62,908 nucleotides of DNA from contig CAINVT010000035.1 of NCBI GenBank assembly GCA_903854215.1, positions 1 to 62,908 on the forward strand, given 5' to 3'. The DNA comes from an uncultured bacterium. Its GTDB lineage: Bacteria > Patescibacteriota > Minisyncoccia > Phycocordibacterales > UBA2100. The position numbers were made by a program, and so were the translations under genes. Below the pieces are notes generated by a model. It was not told the DNA's origin, made no database searches, and was given only the letters and a program-made list of their open reading frames with translations. Positions 19,069 through 28,255 of this stretch are shown here, piece by piece (the stretch's first letter is position 1; each line of letters begins with the position of its first letter).

Positions 19069-21255
19069 TTACGTTTTGAGCTTATGCGGATTATGCATTG
19101 CGCATGACTTGTCCGAACAACGCTCAGGGATAGTTTTCGTCCCTTCCATCATCAAGGCACCACAAATGGAGCAGAGATTGCCGGTCGGCTTCGCTTTGAT
19201 CGCGTATTTGCAGTCAGGATAATTCGAGCATGAGTAGAAGAGCCCAAAACGCCCGCGACGCTCAACCATTTCGCCATGCGCGCGGCCTTCTTTTGTACAA
19301 ACGGGGCACATGACGCCGGTCTTGCTGCGCGCTTCTTCCACAGGATCTTTTTTCACAAATTTACATTTCGGGTACGTTGAACACGCAATGAATCGTCCGA
19401 AACGCCCTTCACGTTCGAGAAGCTTGTTGCCGCAGAGCGGGCATGGCTCGTCGAGTTCTTTTGGCGGTTCGATGATACTACCATCTTCTTTGCGTGCGCC
19501 CATGCATTCGGGGAATTTGGCACAGCTCATGAAGCGGCCGTTCTTCGAAAGCTTGTAGACCATCTCGCCGCCGCAGACAGGACAGGGGAATTCGAGAGGT
19601 GCGGGCCCCATGTTAGTGATCTTCTCAATCTTATCCTTACTCTTTACCGCCTTGTGGAACGGACCGTAAAATTCTCGTAACGTTTTCGCATATTCGCGTT
19701 TGCCGCCGGCGATATCGTCGAGCTCATCTTCCATCTCCGCAGTGAAGGTGTCTGAAATATATTCGGCGAAGTTGGCCTCAATAAATGATGAGACAACGTC
19801 GCCGGTCGCGGTCGGAATCAATGTTCTGCCTTGTTTGTCGACATAGCCGCGATCGCCCAATGTCTTGATGATGCTCGCGTAGGTGGATGGACGGCCGATG
19901 CCGCGTTTCTCGAGTTCTTTGACGAGGCCGGCTTCGGAATACCGTGCCGGCGGCTGCGTTTCTTTTGCCTCACTGTGCATGGCGACCAGCGAGAGCGGTT
20001 CGCCATTTTTCACTTTCGGCAATTCGACATCTTCGCCGCGCGCATCCGGATCGGCCGCGAGCCAGCCATCGAAGATCACGCGCGAACCGTTGATGATGAA
20101 ATCAGGTATCTCGTTGGAAACAATGTTTGTGACGAGCCGCGTACGCATGATCTTCGCGTCGGTCATCTGGCTCGCGAGCGCACGCGCGCGGATGAGACCG
20201 TACAACTTTTTCTGTTCATCGGTGGTACCGGCGTTGCGATACTCTGCATGTGTCGGACGAATCGCTTCATGCGCTTCCTGTGCGCTCTTGCTCTTCGTCT
20301 TGTAGGTATGCGCAACCGCATAGTTCGCGCCGAATTCTTTTTTTACAACGCTCAAAAGCATTTCCTGCGCCTCTTTTGCAAGGTTGGTGCTGTCCGTACG
20401 CATGTAGGAGATATGGCCCGCTTCGTAGAGCTTCTGCGCGATACGCATCGTATTGCTCGGCGAATAGCCGAAACGCGTCGATGCAACCTGTTGCAAGGTC
20501 GATGTGGTAAACGGCGCACGTGTGGCACGCGTCGTTTCGGTCTCTTCTATAGAACGTACCAGCCACGAACATTTCTCGCCAAGCGCTACAATTTTCGCTG
20601 ATTCCTCGACAGTCTTCGGTTCCTCTTTACAGATAGCCGTAAAAGCCTCGCCTTTTTGTGATTTGAGGTCGGCAGAGATTACGAAGAACGGCTCAGGGAT
20701 AAAAGCTCGTATTTCGCGCTCGCGCTCCATCAATATGCGCAGTGCAGGAGATTGCACGCGGCCAGCCGAAAGTCCGTAGCGAACCTTTTTCCACACGAGC
20801 CCCGAGAGGTCGTAGCCGAAGAGGCGGTCGAGTACGCGGCGCGCTTCCTGCGCCTTGCGCAGGTCCTGATCAATGAGACGCGGATGCGCGAGCGCGTCTT
20901 GCACGGCGTGCTCGGTGATCTCGTGGAAGACGATGCGCTTTGGTTTCTTGAGGTGTATCGCTTCGGCCAAGTGCCACGCAATCGCCTCGCCTTCGCGGTC
21001 GGGGTCTGTTGCAAGAATCACTTCGTCGGAATGTGATGCGACTTCGCGCAACTCATCGATGACTTTTTGTTTCTCTTTGACGATCTGGTACTTCGGCTTG
21101 AAGTCGTCTTCGATGTCGACAGCGTCCTTGTTGCTCTTGGGCAGATCGCGAATGTGCCCGACCGAAGCGCGCACCACAAAACCCGTACCGAGGTACTTCT
21201 CGATCGTCTTCGCTTTCGCCGGTGATTCTACTATTACGAGTTTCATATTCGACAA
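19069..21255 (-). CDS. topA: DNA topoisomerase I with multiple C-terminal Zn-ribbon repeats
   Basis: TOPRIM start (LVIVESPAKAKTIEKYLG), active-site region (GHISYMRTDS). Four CxxC...CxxC zinc ribbons at the C-terminus. Confidence 0.95.
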   Translation of the reverse strand: MSNMKLVIVESPAKAKTIEKYLGTGFVVRASVGHIRDLPKSNKDAVDIEDDFKPKYQIVKEKQKVIDELREVASHSDEVILATDPDREGEAIAWHLAEAIHLKKPKRIVFHEITEHAVQDALAHPRLIDQDLRKAQEARRVLDRLFGYDLSGLVWKKVRYGLSAGRVQSPALRILMEREREIRAFIPEPFFVISADLKSQKGEAFTAICKEEPKTVEESAKIVALGEKCSWLVRSIEETETTRATRAPFTTSTLQQVASTRFGYSPSNTMRIAQKLYEAGHISYMRTDSTNLAKEAQEMLLSVVKKEFGANYAVAHTYKTKSKSAQEAHEAIRPTHAEYRNAGTTDEQKKLYGLIRARALASQMTDAKIMRTRLVTNIVSNEIPDFIINGSRVIFDGWLAADPDARGEDVELPKVKNGEPLSLVAMHSEAKETQPPARYSEAGLVKELEKRGIGRPSTYASIIKTLGDRGYVDKQGRTLIPTATGDVVSSFIEANFAEYISDTFTAEMEDELDDIAGGKREYAKTLREFYGPFHKAVKSKDKIEKITNMGPAPLEFPCPVCGGEMVYKLSKNGRFMSCAKFPECMGARKEDGSIIEPPKELDEPCPLCGNKLLEREGRFGRFIACSTYPKCKFVKKDPVEEARSKTGVMCPVCTKEGRAHGEMVERRGRFGLFYSCSNYPDCKYAIKAKPTGNLCSICGALMMEGTKTIPERCSDKSCAMHNPHKLKT

Positions 21256-21320
21256 GTGATACGCGTAAGACTACCACATGTCAAATAGTACCTGCATTGT
21301 TGAAAGCGAACTGTGGCATA

Positions 21321-21533
21321 ATGCCAACTATGATGAAAACGTTTCAAGAAGCGATTGTGGAGGTCGAAACGCTTCCGGAGAAAGACCATGAGCAAGATCG
21401 GTCGGCGGCTTTTGTCACATGTCGCGAAACTTCGTGAGCTTCGCGGAGATATCGATTAGTGAATTCGTTCGCTTGATGCGGGCGACGGCACATCGCTTGA
21501 TATCGAATTTTTTCTTGATGAAATGAAAAATTG
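21321..21533 (+). pseudogene. Degraded antitoxin-like gene (ParD/RHH-type C-terminal signature), frameshifted with in-frame stops
   Basis: Frame A reads MPTMMKTFQEAIVEVETLPEKDHEQ. The +1 frame continues SKIGRRLLSHVAKLRELRGDID*. After TAG TGA, the frame reads IRSLDAGDGTSLDIEFFLDEMKN*. Confidence 0.4.
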
Positions 21534-21538
21534 ATTTT

Positions 21539-22396
21539 TCAGCGTACACGCACAACTCCCAACTCTTCCACGATCAATCCTTTGATTTCCATCGTTGAGA
21601 GCAAGATATTAGCTTCGGTGATCGGAAGATCGAGAGCAGTGATGAGTTCATCGCGCGAAATGGGACTTGCAAGCAGGTCGATCACACGCATTTCGTCATC
21701 AGAGACATCACCACGCAGGATCTCGCGTTTTTCACGCGGTACGAATGAGAGTGCTTGAAGAAGATCTTCGACCGACGTGATCGGTGTCGCGCCGAGCCGC
21801 AGGAATTGATGCGTGCCTTTACTTTCGGCATTAAAGATCGAACCGGGTACCACGAGAAGGTCGCGGTTGTATTCAGCGGCAAGTTTTGCCGTGATGAGAC
21901 TGCCGGATTTTTCTTTTGCCTCGATGATGAGTGTTGCTCGGCAAAGACCGGCCATGATCCGGTTGCGTTGGGGGAAGGTGTAGTCTGTCGCTTTCTGGTC
22001 CGGTTTGAATTCTGAAAGCAGAGTGCCGCCAGCCGCGAGTATTTCCCGCGCGAGAGCAACGTTGGCACGCGGATAGAGAACACCCCAATCAAGTCCTGAA
22101 CCTGGTACGGCGACAGTGGGCAATCCGGCGTCGAGTGCAGTACGGTGTGCCAAAGCGTCGACGCCATAGGCGAGACCGCTCACGATGACGACCGGATAGC
22201 CGCGCAATCCCTCGATCAGATATTTGACGACACGTTCGCCGTAGGCAGTACATGCGCGACTTCCGACGACCGCGAGCCAGGTATGGTCGAAGTTGGGTAA
22301 CGTACCGCGTACGTACAGTTGTTTCGGGGCATCGTTTATTTGTTGCAGTAATGGCGGAAATTCATCCCGCACTAGCAGTTTGAGTTCGACCCCCAT
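21539..22396 (-). CDS. dprA: DNA processing protein DprA
   Basis: Rossmann-like DprA core (VVGSRACTAYGERV, SGLAYGVDALAH, GSLITA) plus a C-terminal winged-helix region. Confidence 0.9.
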   Translation of the reverse strand: MGVELKLLVRDEFPPLLQQINDAPKQLYVRGTLPNFDHTWLAVVGSRACTAYGERVVKYLIEGLRGYPVVIVSGLAYGVDALAHRTALDAGLPTVAVPGSGLDWGVLYPRANVALAREILAAGGTLLSEFKPDQKATDYTFPQRNRIMAGLCRATLIIEAKEKSGSLITAKLAAEYNRDLLVVPGSIFNAESKGTHQFLRLGATPITSVEDLLQALSFVPREKREILRGDVSDDEMRVIDLLASPISRDELITALDLPITEANILLSTMEIKGLIVEELGVVRVR

Positions 22397-22417
22397 AGTG
22401 GTAGTATTCTATCATAT

Positions 22418-23692
22418 ATGCTCGATATCAAATTCATTCGAGAGAATAAAGACATCATTATCGCCGGTGCCAAGAAGAAGCATGTCACGGTCGACATCGA
22501 TCAGTTGATTCTTGTCGACGAGAAACGTCGCGAGTTGCAAGCGAAAATCGATGAGATGCGCGCAGAGCAGAATAATGCATCCAACGCGATTGCGAATGCA
22601 AAGAGCGACGAGGAGCGACAGGTGGTGATCACACAGATGCAGACCTTGAAAGAGACGCTCAAGCTTGAAGAGGAATCATTGCAGTCGGTATTGAAAGAGT
22701 GGCGCGCTCTCATGGTGCAAGTTCCCAACGTTCCCGACATGTCCGTGCCCGACGGCGAGTCAGACGAGGACAATCTCGAATTGAAGACTTGGGGAGATAT
22801 TCCGGTGTTCGATTTCGAACCGAAGAATCATGTTGATCTCATGTTGCTCAACGACATGGCAGATTTCGAGCGTGGAACGAAGGTCGCCGGATTCCGTGGA
22901 TACTATCTCAAAAATGATGGTGCGCGCTTGCTCTGGGCGCTTGAACGGTTCGTTCAGGATCGCTTCATGAATCGCGAAGGTTTTACGCCGCTCATCGTGC
23001 CATCGATGCTGCGTCGCGAGCCGTTCATCGGCACCGGCTACCTGCCGCAGAGCGAGGAGGATCTGTATAAGACACAGGATGGTGACTACCTCGCCGGAAC
23101 GGCCGAAGTCGCATCAATGGGGTACTACATGGAAGAAATTATCGACAAGAAAGATCTGCCGATCAAATTCTTCTCATTCTCGCCCTGTTTCCGCCGCGAA
23201 GCGGGAAGTCACGGTAAGGACACCAAAGGCGTTTTCCGTATCCATGAATTCGTCAAATACGAGCAGGTCGTCTTATGCGAAGCGAATCACGAAGAATCCG
23301 TGAAGAACCATGAAGCATTGACCGCCAATTCTGAAGCGCTCTTGCAAGAATTGAAATTACCGTATCACGTCGTTATCAATTGTGGTGGCGATCTCGGCCT
23401 CGGTCAGGTGAAGAAATATGATATCGAAGCATGGATGCCGAGCGAGAAGAGATACCGAGAGACGCATTCATCGTCCTATTTTCATGATTTCCAGACACGT
23501 CGCCTCAACATCCGTTATCGCGATGATGATGGCACGCTCAAATTCGTTCACTCGCTGAATAACACTGCGCTCGCTATGCCCCGCATCCTCTGTCAGATCG
23601 TCGAGAACAACCAGCGCGCAGACGGTTCGATATCGATCCCTGATGTTTTACAGGGTTACATTGGAAAAGATGTCATCGAAAAACGTCATTGA
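22418..23692 (+). CDS. serS: Seryl-tRNA synthetase
   Basis: N-terminal coiled coil. Class II motifs (FRREAGSHGKDTKGVFRIHEF; GLGQVKKYDIEAWMP; NNTALAMPR). Confidence 0.95.
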   Translation: MLDIKFIRENKDIIIAGAKKKHVTVDIDQLILVDEKRRELQAKIDEMRAEQNNASNAIANAKSDEERQVVITQMQTLKETLKLEEESLQSVLKEWRALMVQVPNVPDMSVPDGESDEDNLELKTWGDIPVFDFEPKNHVDLMLLNDMADFERGTKVAGFRGYYLKNDGARLLWALERFVQDRFMNREGFTPLIVPSMLRREPFIGTGYLPQSEEDLYKTQDGDYLAGTAEVASMGYYMEEIIDKKDLPIKFFSFSPCFRREAGSHGKDTKGVFRIHEFVKYEQVVLCEANHEESVKNHEALTANSEALLQELKLPYHVVINCGGDLGLGQVKKYDIEAWMPSEKRYRETHSSSYFHDFQTRRLNIRYRDDDGTLKFVHSLNNTALAMPRILCQIVENNQRADGSISIPDVLQGYIGKDVIEKRH

Positions 23693-24767
23693 CCTGCGCG
23701 GTGGGACAAAACGGCCAGCATCGCAGCCGAGCCTGGATCTACCCCGTCCGCGTGAACGACCCGGTAAACGCATCTCGCCGGTGCGCGTGCGCCGCCGTCG
23801 CACTCGGCTTATTGTCGGGCTCGTCGTGCTCGTCATCCTTATTGCTGCGGTATACGGTGTGAGTTGGGTATCATACTTGCCGCAATATTCAGTCCAAACG
23901 GTGACTGTCGAAGGAACGCAAGTAGTCCCATCGAAGCTTGTTCACGATTTCGTCGAGAGCCAGCTCTATCCAGGGACACACCCGTTCCTTTCGAAGGATA
24001 ATATTTTCCTGTATAACCCCCGCGCACTCGAACGTGAGATCGTCGGATTTTTCCCGCGCATCGCCGCGGCGACCGTATCGCGCGCATCGCCGTTCTCGAC
24101 AACTGTCACGGTAGCCGTGCAAGAACGTCAGCCGTTCGCACTCTGGTGTTCCGATACGACTGAGTCCGATTGTTATGAAATGGATAGTACCGGATTTATT
24201 TTTGCCGCGTCAAACGCGGTTAACGCGACAAACACTGCTGGTGCCCCAGGTATATCGGTTGCTTCAAGTACGACAGCCGCGTCAAACGCGGTTGGCTCGT
24301 CAGATATACCGGTTGCTTCAAGTACTCTAACCGCGTTTGACGCGGCGGCGACATCGACATCGACATCGGCAAATCTGATCGCGCAAACGCCGAAGCAATA
24401 TGTATTTCAAGGGGGGATCGGAACCTCGACTAATGCGAGCACGCCCCCAAACCCGATCGGTCAGACATTCGTCGGTGCGCATATGCCGGGGATCATTGCG
24501 TTGTTGCAGCGACTGAGCCTTTCACAATTTACTCCGCTCGGCGCGACGGTAGAAAATGCGCAGGACTTTTGGATTCCACTGACGCAGGGATTTTATATCA
24601 AAGCCTCGTTCGGAGAAGATCCGGAAAATATCGTGAGCGACCTGCAGCTCGTGCTTTCATCTGACGTACTCGCCGGCAAAGCGAATCAGCTTGAATATAT
24701 CGATCTCCGCTTCGGCGATCGTGTGTACTATAAGTTGCGCGGTGCGGCTGAAGTGCAAAAGCAATAA
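23670..24767 (+). CDS. ftsQ: FtsQ-like cell-division protein (TM anchor + POTRA) with an internal low-complexity repeat insert
   Basis: Basic N-terminus, TM helix (LIVGLVVLVILIAAVYGV) and POTRA-like block (VQTVTVEGTQVVP...VAVQERQPFALW). Start chosen at MSSKNV (23670); the track ORF starts at 23643. Confidence 0.7.
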   Translation: MSSKNVIDLRGGTKRPASQPSLDLPRPRERPGKRISPVRVRRRRTRLIVGLVVLVILIAAVYGVSWVSYLPQYSVQTVTVEGTQVVPSKLVHDFVESQLYPGTHPFLSKDNIFLYNPRALEREIVGFFPRIAAATVSRASPFSTTVTVAVQERQPFALWCSDTTESDCYEMDSTGFIFAASNAVNATNTAGAPGISVASSTTAASNAVGSSDIPVASSTLTAFDAAATSTSTSANLIAQTPKQYVFQGGIGTSTNASTPPNPIGQTFVGAHMPGIIALLQRLSLSQFTPLGATVENAQDFWIPLTQGFYIKASFGEDPENIVSDLQLVLSSDVLAGKANQLEYIDLRFGDRVYYKLRGAAEVQKQ

Positions 24768-24773
24768 ACGCAT

Positions 24774-25763
24774 ATGAAAAATTTCTGGGCGACCCTACCA
24801 AAGCCGTTCTTCGTGCTTGCACCTATGGAGGACGTGACCGACGCCGCATTTCGGCGTCTCATCGCGCGCTATGGCAAGCCTGATGTCATGTGGACAGAAT
24901 TCACCTCGGCCGACGGGCTTGTCTTGGCACCTGAGGAGGGTAAGGCGAAGCTGCTTAAGAAATTGCTTTTTTCTGAGACGGAGCGGCCAATCGTCGCGCA
25001 ACTCTTTTCGGCGAATCCCGAACGTATGGAAATTGCGGCGCGCATGGTCGCCGAACTCGGATTCGACGGCATTGATATCAACATGGGCTGCCCCGATCGT
25101 TCGATAGAGAAAAGTCTGTGTGGATCGGGAATGATCAAACATCCCGACCTCGCCAAAGCGGTCATCTGTGCCGCGAAGCGTGGAGCCGGAGATCTGCCGG
25201 TCTCGGTCAAGACGCGTATCGGGTATGCGAGCAATGAGATCTCGACGTGGATACCGAGCCTGCTCGAAGAGGGAATCGCAGCTTTGACGATCCATGCGCG
25301 CACGCGCAATGAAATGTCCGACGTCCCTGCGCGGTGGGAACATGTGAAAGAGGTCGTTGATATACGCAATGCAATGGACGTCGACACACTCATTATCGGC
25401 AATGGCGATCTTAAGAGTATCGAAGAGGCACGAGAGAAAATCACCGCGGCCGGTTGCGACGGCGCGATGCTCGGCCGTGCGATCTTCGGTAATCCGTGGC
25501 TATTTGCGGGGGCAAATAGTCCCGAGCGAAGTCGAGGGACTGTAATTCCAAATCCACAGGAACGCGTTACCGCTCTCAAAGAGCATATTGCGCTTTTTGA
25601 CGAACTCCTCGGCGGCACCGTTAATTTCGAATCGATGAAAAAACATTTCAAGGCCTATATCCATGGCTGGGATGATGCGAAAGAATTGCGCATACACCTC
25701 ATGGAGACGCATGACGCCGCGCACGCGCAGGAAGTTTTGTCGAATGCTATACTGCCGTCATGA
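24774..25763 (+). CDS. dus: tRNA-dihydrouridine synthase
   Basis: LAPMEDVTDAAFR start, FDGIDINMGCP catalytic-Cys block, TIHARTR. Confidence 0.9.
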   Translation: MKNFWATLPKPFFVLAPMEDVTDAAFRRLIARYGKPDVMWTEFTSADGLVLAPEEGKAKLLKKLLFSETERPIVAQLFSANPERMEIAARMVAELGFDGIDINMGCPDRSIEKSLCGSGMIKHPDLAKAVICAAKRGAGDLPVSVKTRIGYASNEISTWIPSLLEEGIAALTIHARTRNEMSDVPARWEHVKEVVDIRNAMDVDTLIIGNGDLKSIEEAREKITAAGCDGAMLGRAIFGNPWLFAGANSPERSRGTVIPNPQERVTALKEHIALFDELLGGTVNFESMKKHFKAYIHGWDDAKELRIHLMETHDAAHAQEVLSNAILPS

Positions 25764-26818
25764 AAAAAGACGCACAAGTAAACGATAGCAGGCATGCGAC
25801 GCTCTATCGCACCTATCGACCTTCTACATTTGCCGAGGTGCGAGGCCAGGAACATATCGTCGGTACGCTCGAGAAGTCCATCAAGAACAACAAGATCGCG
25901 CATGCGTATCTCTTCTCTGGCGGTCGCGGGACAGGCAAGACGTCGGTGGCGCGCATTCTTGCTCATGAACTTGGCGTATCCGACAAAGATCTCTACGAGA
26001 TTGATGCGGCGAGTAATCGCGGTATTGATGATATCCGGGAACTGCGCGAAGGTGTCTACGCGATGCCGTTCTCCTCGCCGTACAAATTCTATATCATCGA
26101 CGAAGCGCACATGCTCACCAAAGAGGCATGGAACGCGTTGCTGAAAACGCTCGAAGAGCCGCCGAGTCATGCGATCTTCGTCCTCGCGACGACGGAGCGC
26201 GACAAAGTGCCCGATACGATCCAATCGCGCTGCGAGGTCTACACATTCAAGCAGCCAACGCGTGAACTCACCGCACAACTTGTCGGCGATGTTGCTAAGA
26301 GTGAAGGCTACGCGCTTGAAAGCGCGGGTGCCGAATTGATCGCACTTCTCGCCGAAGGATCATTCCGCGACGCGCTTTCCATTTTGCAAAAAGTGCTTTC
26401 GGTCGCCGATGACAAGAAGATCAGCATCGCCAATGTCGAATCAGTCTCAGGTGCGCCGCGCAGCGAACTCGTGCGGCAGATTGTCTCTGCGCTTGCGAAG
26501 CGGGATATGTCCAAAGCGCTCACTGCCGTCGAAATCGCCGTCGGGGAGAATATGGATGCGCGTACACTTACCAAGCTCTTGATCCATCGCCTGCGCGTTA
26601 TCCTACTCATACGCTTCGCACCGGATCTCGCCGAGCGTCTTGGCAACGAGCTTACCGAAGCTGATCGTGTACTCGCCAAAGAGATCTCAAAAGACCCCGG
26701 CATCACCTCTGAGACCGTGCGCATACTGCTCGAAGCGCACAGTCGCATGGCCTACGCCGCCGTCCCGCACCTTCCCCTCGAACTTGCCGTTGTCGACATC
26801 TGTAGCTCACCGAGTTAA
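25760..26818 (+). CDS. dnaX: DNA polymerase III subunit gamma/tau, short form
   Basis: AAA+ clamp-loader motifs (GGRGTGKTS, IIDEAHMLT, SRC box TIQSRC). Only 352 aa. Confidence 0.92.
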   Translation: MKKDAQVNDSRHATLYRTYRPSTFAEVRGQEHIVGTLEKSIKNNKIAHAYLFSGGRGTGKTSVARILAHELGVSDKDLYEIDAASNRGIDDIRELREGVYAMPFSSPYKFYIIDEAHMLTKEAWNALLKTLEEPPSHAIFVLATTERDKVPDTIQSRCEVYTFKQPTRELTAQLVGDVAKSEGYALESAGAELIALLAEGSFRDALSILQKVLSVADDKKISIANVESVSGAPRSELVRQIVSALAKRDMSKALTAVEIAVGENMDARTLTKLLIHRLRVILLIRFAPDLAERLGNELTEADRVLAKEISKDPGITSETVRILLEAHSRMAYAAVPHLPLELAVVDICSSPS

Positions 26819-26914
26819 TTCTTGCCAGTCCATATAACCCCTGCTAGAGTCCTCGCAGGCAATCACACGATTGCGAAAAATGGCAGCGATCTGCCACATC
26901 ATGAAGGAGTACGG

Positions 26915-27778
26915 ATGATGCAAGAATACTTGGATGATCTTGGATCCGACGTCGTAGCTACGGGGAAGACCAAAGACCTCTTCAGCTCGAAGAGCGATTC
27001 CTATCTCTGTTACGGAAAAAGCAAAGACGTCGTGACCTGGGGCAATACGCACTCTCTCCCCATGTCCGGCAAGGGAGAATGGTCGACGCGGGTGAATCAC
27101 AACCTGATGACCGTTTTCCAAAGAAGCGGTCTTCCGGTCGCATACCGCGGGTTGGCGGATGAGCTGACCTTTAAGGCGGAATTGTGCGATATGTTCCCCT
27201 TTGAGGTCGCCGTCTACGGGATTATCGACGCCAAGAGCTCGTTCCATAAGCGGCACCCGAACATCCCGCCGGAGACCAAACTTCGGGAGCCGGTCGCTCA
27301 GTTCCATCTGAAGACCTCCGGCAAGGTCTATCATGGCAGGGCATTGCCATGTGATGACCCGCTCATGGTCATTGCCGATAACGAAGTACGGATTTACGCA
27401 TCGGACAAACCGATCGGGGAACAGGAACCGATCTTTATGGTTCCTCTCGAGGTTGCCCTGCAGATCTTTCCCGGATTCGAGTTCGTTTCCGAAATGACCT
27501 CGATCGCCAAACGCGTCTACGTGACGGCTTGGCTTGCTTACGCGCCGGTGGGCGGCAGGCTTTACGACGGCAAGTGGGAATTCGGAATGCCACGTCGTCC
27601 GGCGCTCAAAGGCAGACCGCTCATCGCCGACGTCTTCGACGCCGACTCGATGAGGCTTCTTGTCAACGGACAGCGGGCCGACAAGCAACCTATTCGCGAC
27701 GGTGGGCAAGCTGCCTATGAAGAACAGGTGGAAGCGTACAAGCTCGCAGTCAGAACAAGCGAACTACTGGCTACCTGA
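26915..27778 (+). CDS. SAICAR-synthase-fold (PurC-like) protein, divergent
   Basis: GKTKDLF N-terminal motif, FPFEVAVYG (cf. PLEVVVRN), and LYDGKWEFG...PLIADVFDADSMRLL (cf. LxDxKxEFG...LADEISPDSCRLW). AAGGAG RBS before the ATG at 26915; the track ORF starts at 26822. Confidence 0.6.
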   Translation: MMQEYLDDLGSDVVATGKTKDLFSSKSDSYLCYGKSKDVVTWGNTHSLPMSGKGEWSTRVNHNLMTVFQRSGLPVAYRGLADELTFKAELCDMFPFEVAVYGIIDAKSSFHKRHPNIPPETKLREPVAQFHLKTSGKVYHGRALPCDDPLMVIADNEVRIYASDKPIGEQEPIFMVPLEVALQIFPGFEFVSEMTSIAKRVYVTAWLAYAPVGGRLYDGKWEFGMPRRPALKGRPLIADVFDADSMRLLVNGQRADKQPIRDGGQAAYEEQVEAYKLAVRTSELLAT

Positions 27779-27803
27779 TGGTCGCCGATGCAATGAATTA
27801 TTG

Positions 27804-27839
27804 AGGCGCTTCGCGGACGCGAAGCGCCTTTCTCTTTTT
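27804..27839 (+). terminator. Rho-independent terminator
   Basis: GGCGCTTCGCG-ga-CGCGAAGCGCC followed by TTTCTCTTTTT. Confidence 0.85.
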
Positions 27840-27919
27840 AGCCCTTAGCAGGGAATGAATTTTCTGGTATCCTCTCTGTGTGCACGAAGTGTGAAGTAGG
27901 ATACATAGGTAGTAAATTT

Positions 27920-27993
27920 TGGGAGATCGTCTAATGGTAGGACAGGGGCCTTTGAAGCCCTTAATCATGGTTCGAGTCCATGTCTCCCAGCCA
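27920..27993 (+). tRNA. tRNA-Gln (anticodon TTG) with encoded CCA
   Basis: Hand-folded. Acceptor TGGGAGA/TCTCCCA + G + CCA. Anticodon stem GGGGC/GCCCT with loop CTTTGAA. T arm CATGG-TTCGAGT-CCATG. Confidence 0.9.
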
Positions 27994-28255
27994 GCTTATG
28001 CTAAGTCAGGTGACTGAGGTGCGTCCATATTTTTCAACGTATTTTTGCCCCTGCGGTTCGAGTCCAAGGCGCATCACGGATTTGAGACTCGAACGACTCT
28101 AGGCAGACCGAGATGCGTTCGATTTCAAGTCCGCAGCTGGGAAGTGCAGCCGAAGTCTAGTTGCAGCGAAGGGGATAAGATAAGATGTATGCAGGTTATC
28201 AACCTTTGTCCCTCTTTGTTATACTTGTGTCCCAGATACGTGCTATTATGCTTGC

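Noticed and set aside
19831-20601. 256-aa ORF antisense to topA, plus similar antisense ORFs at 8237-9124, 9545-10393, 24869-25651, 25655-26278, 35924-36505, 39170-39898, 53059-53631 and 57717-58253
   Set aside because: All lie within strongly supported genes on the other strand and have Arg-rich or otherwise non-protein-like composition.
26807-27709. 300-aa ORF antisense to the PurC-like gene
   Set aside because: No motifs. The plus-strand frame carries SAICAR-synthase landmarks and an RBS, so this is treated as a shadow ORF.
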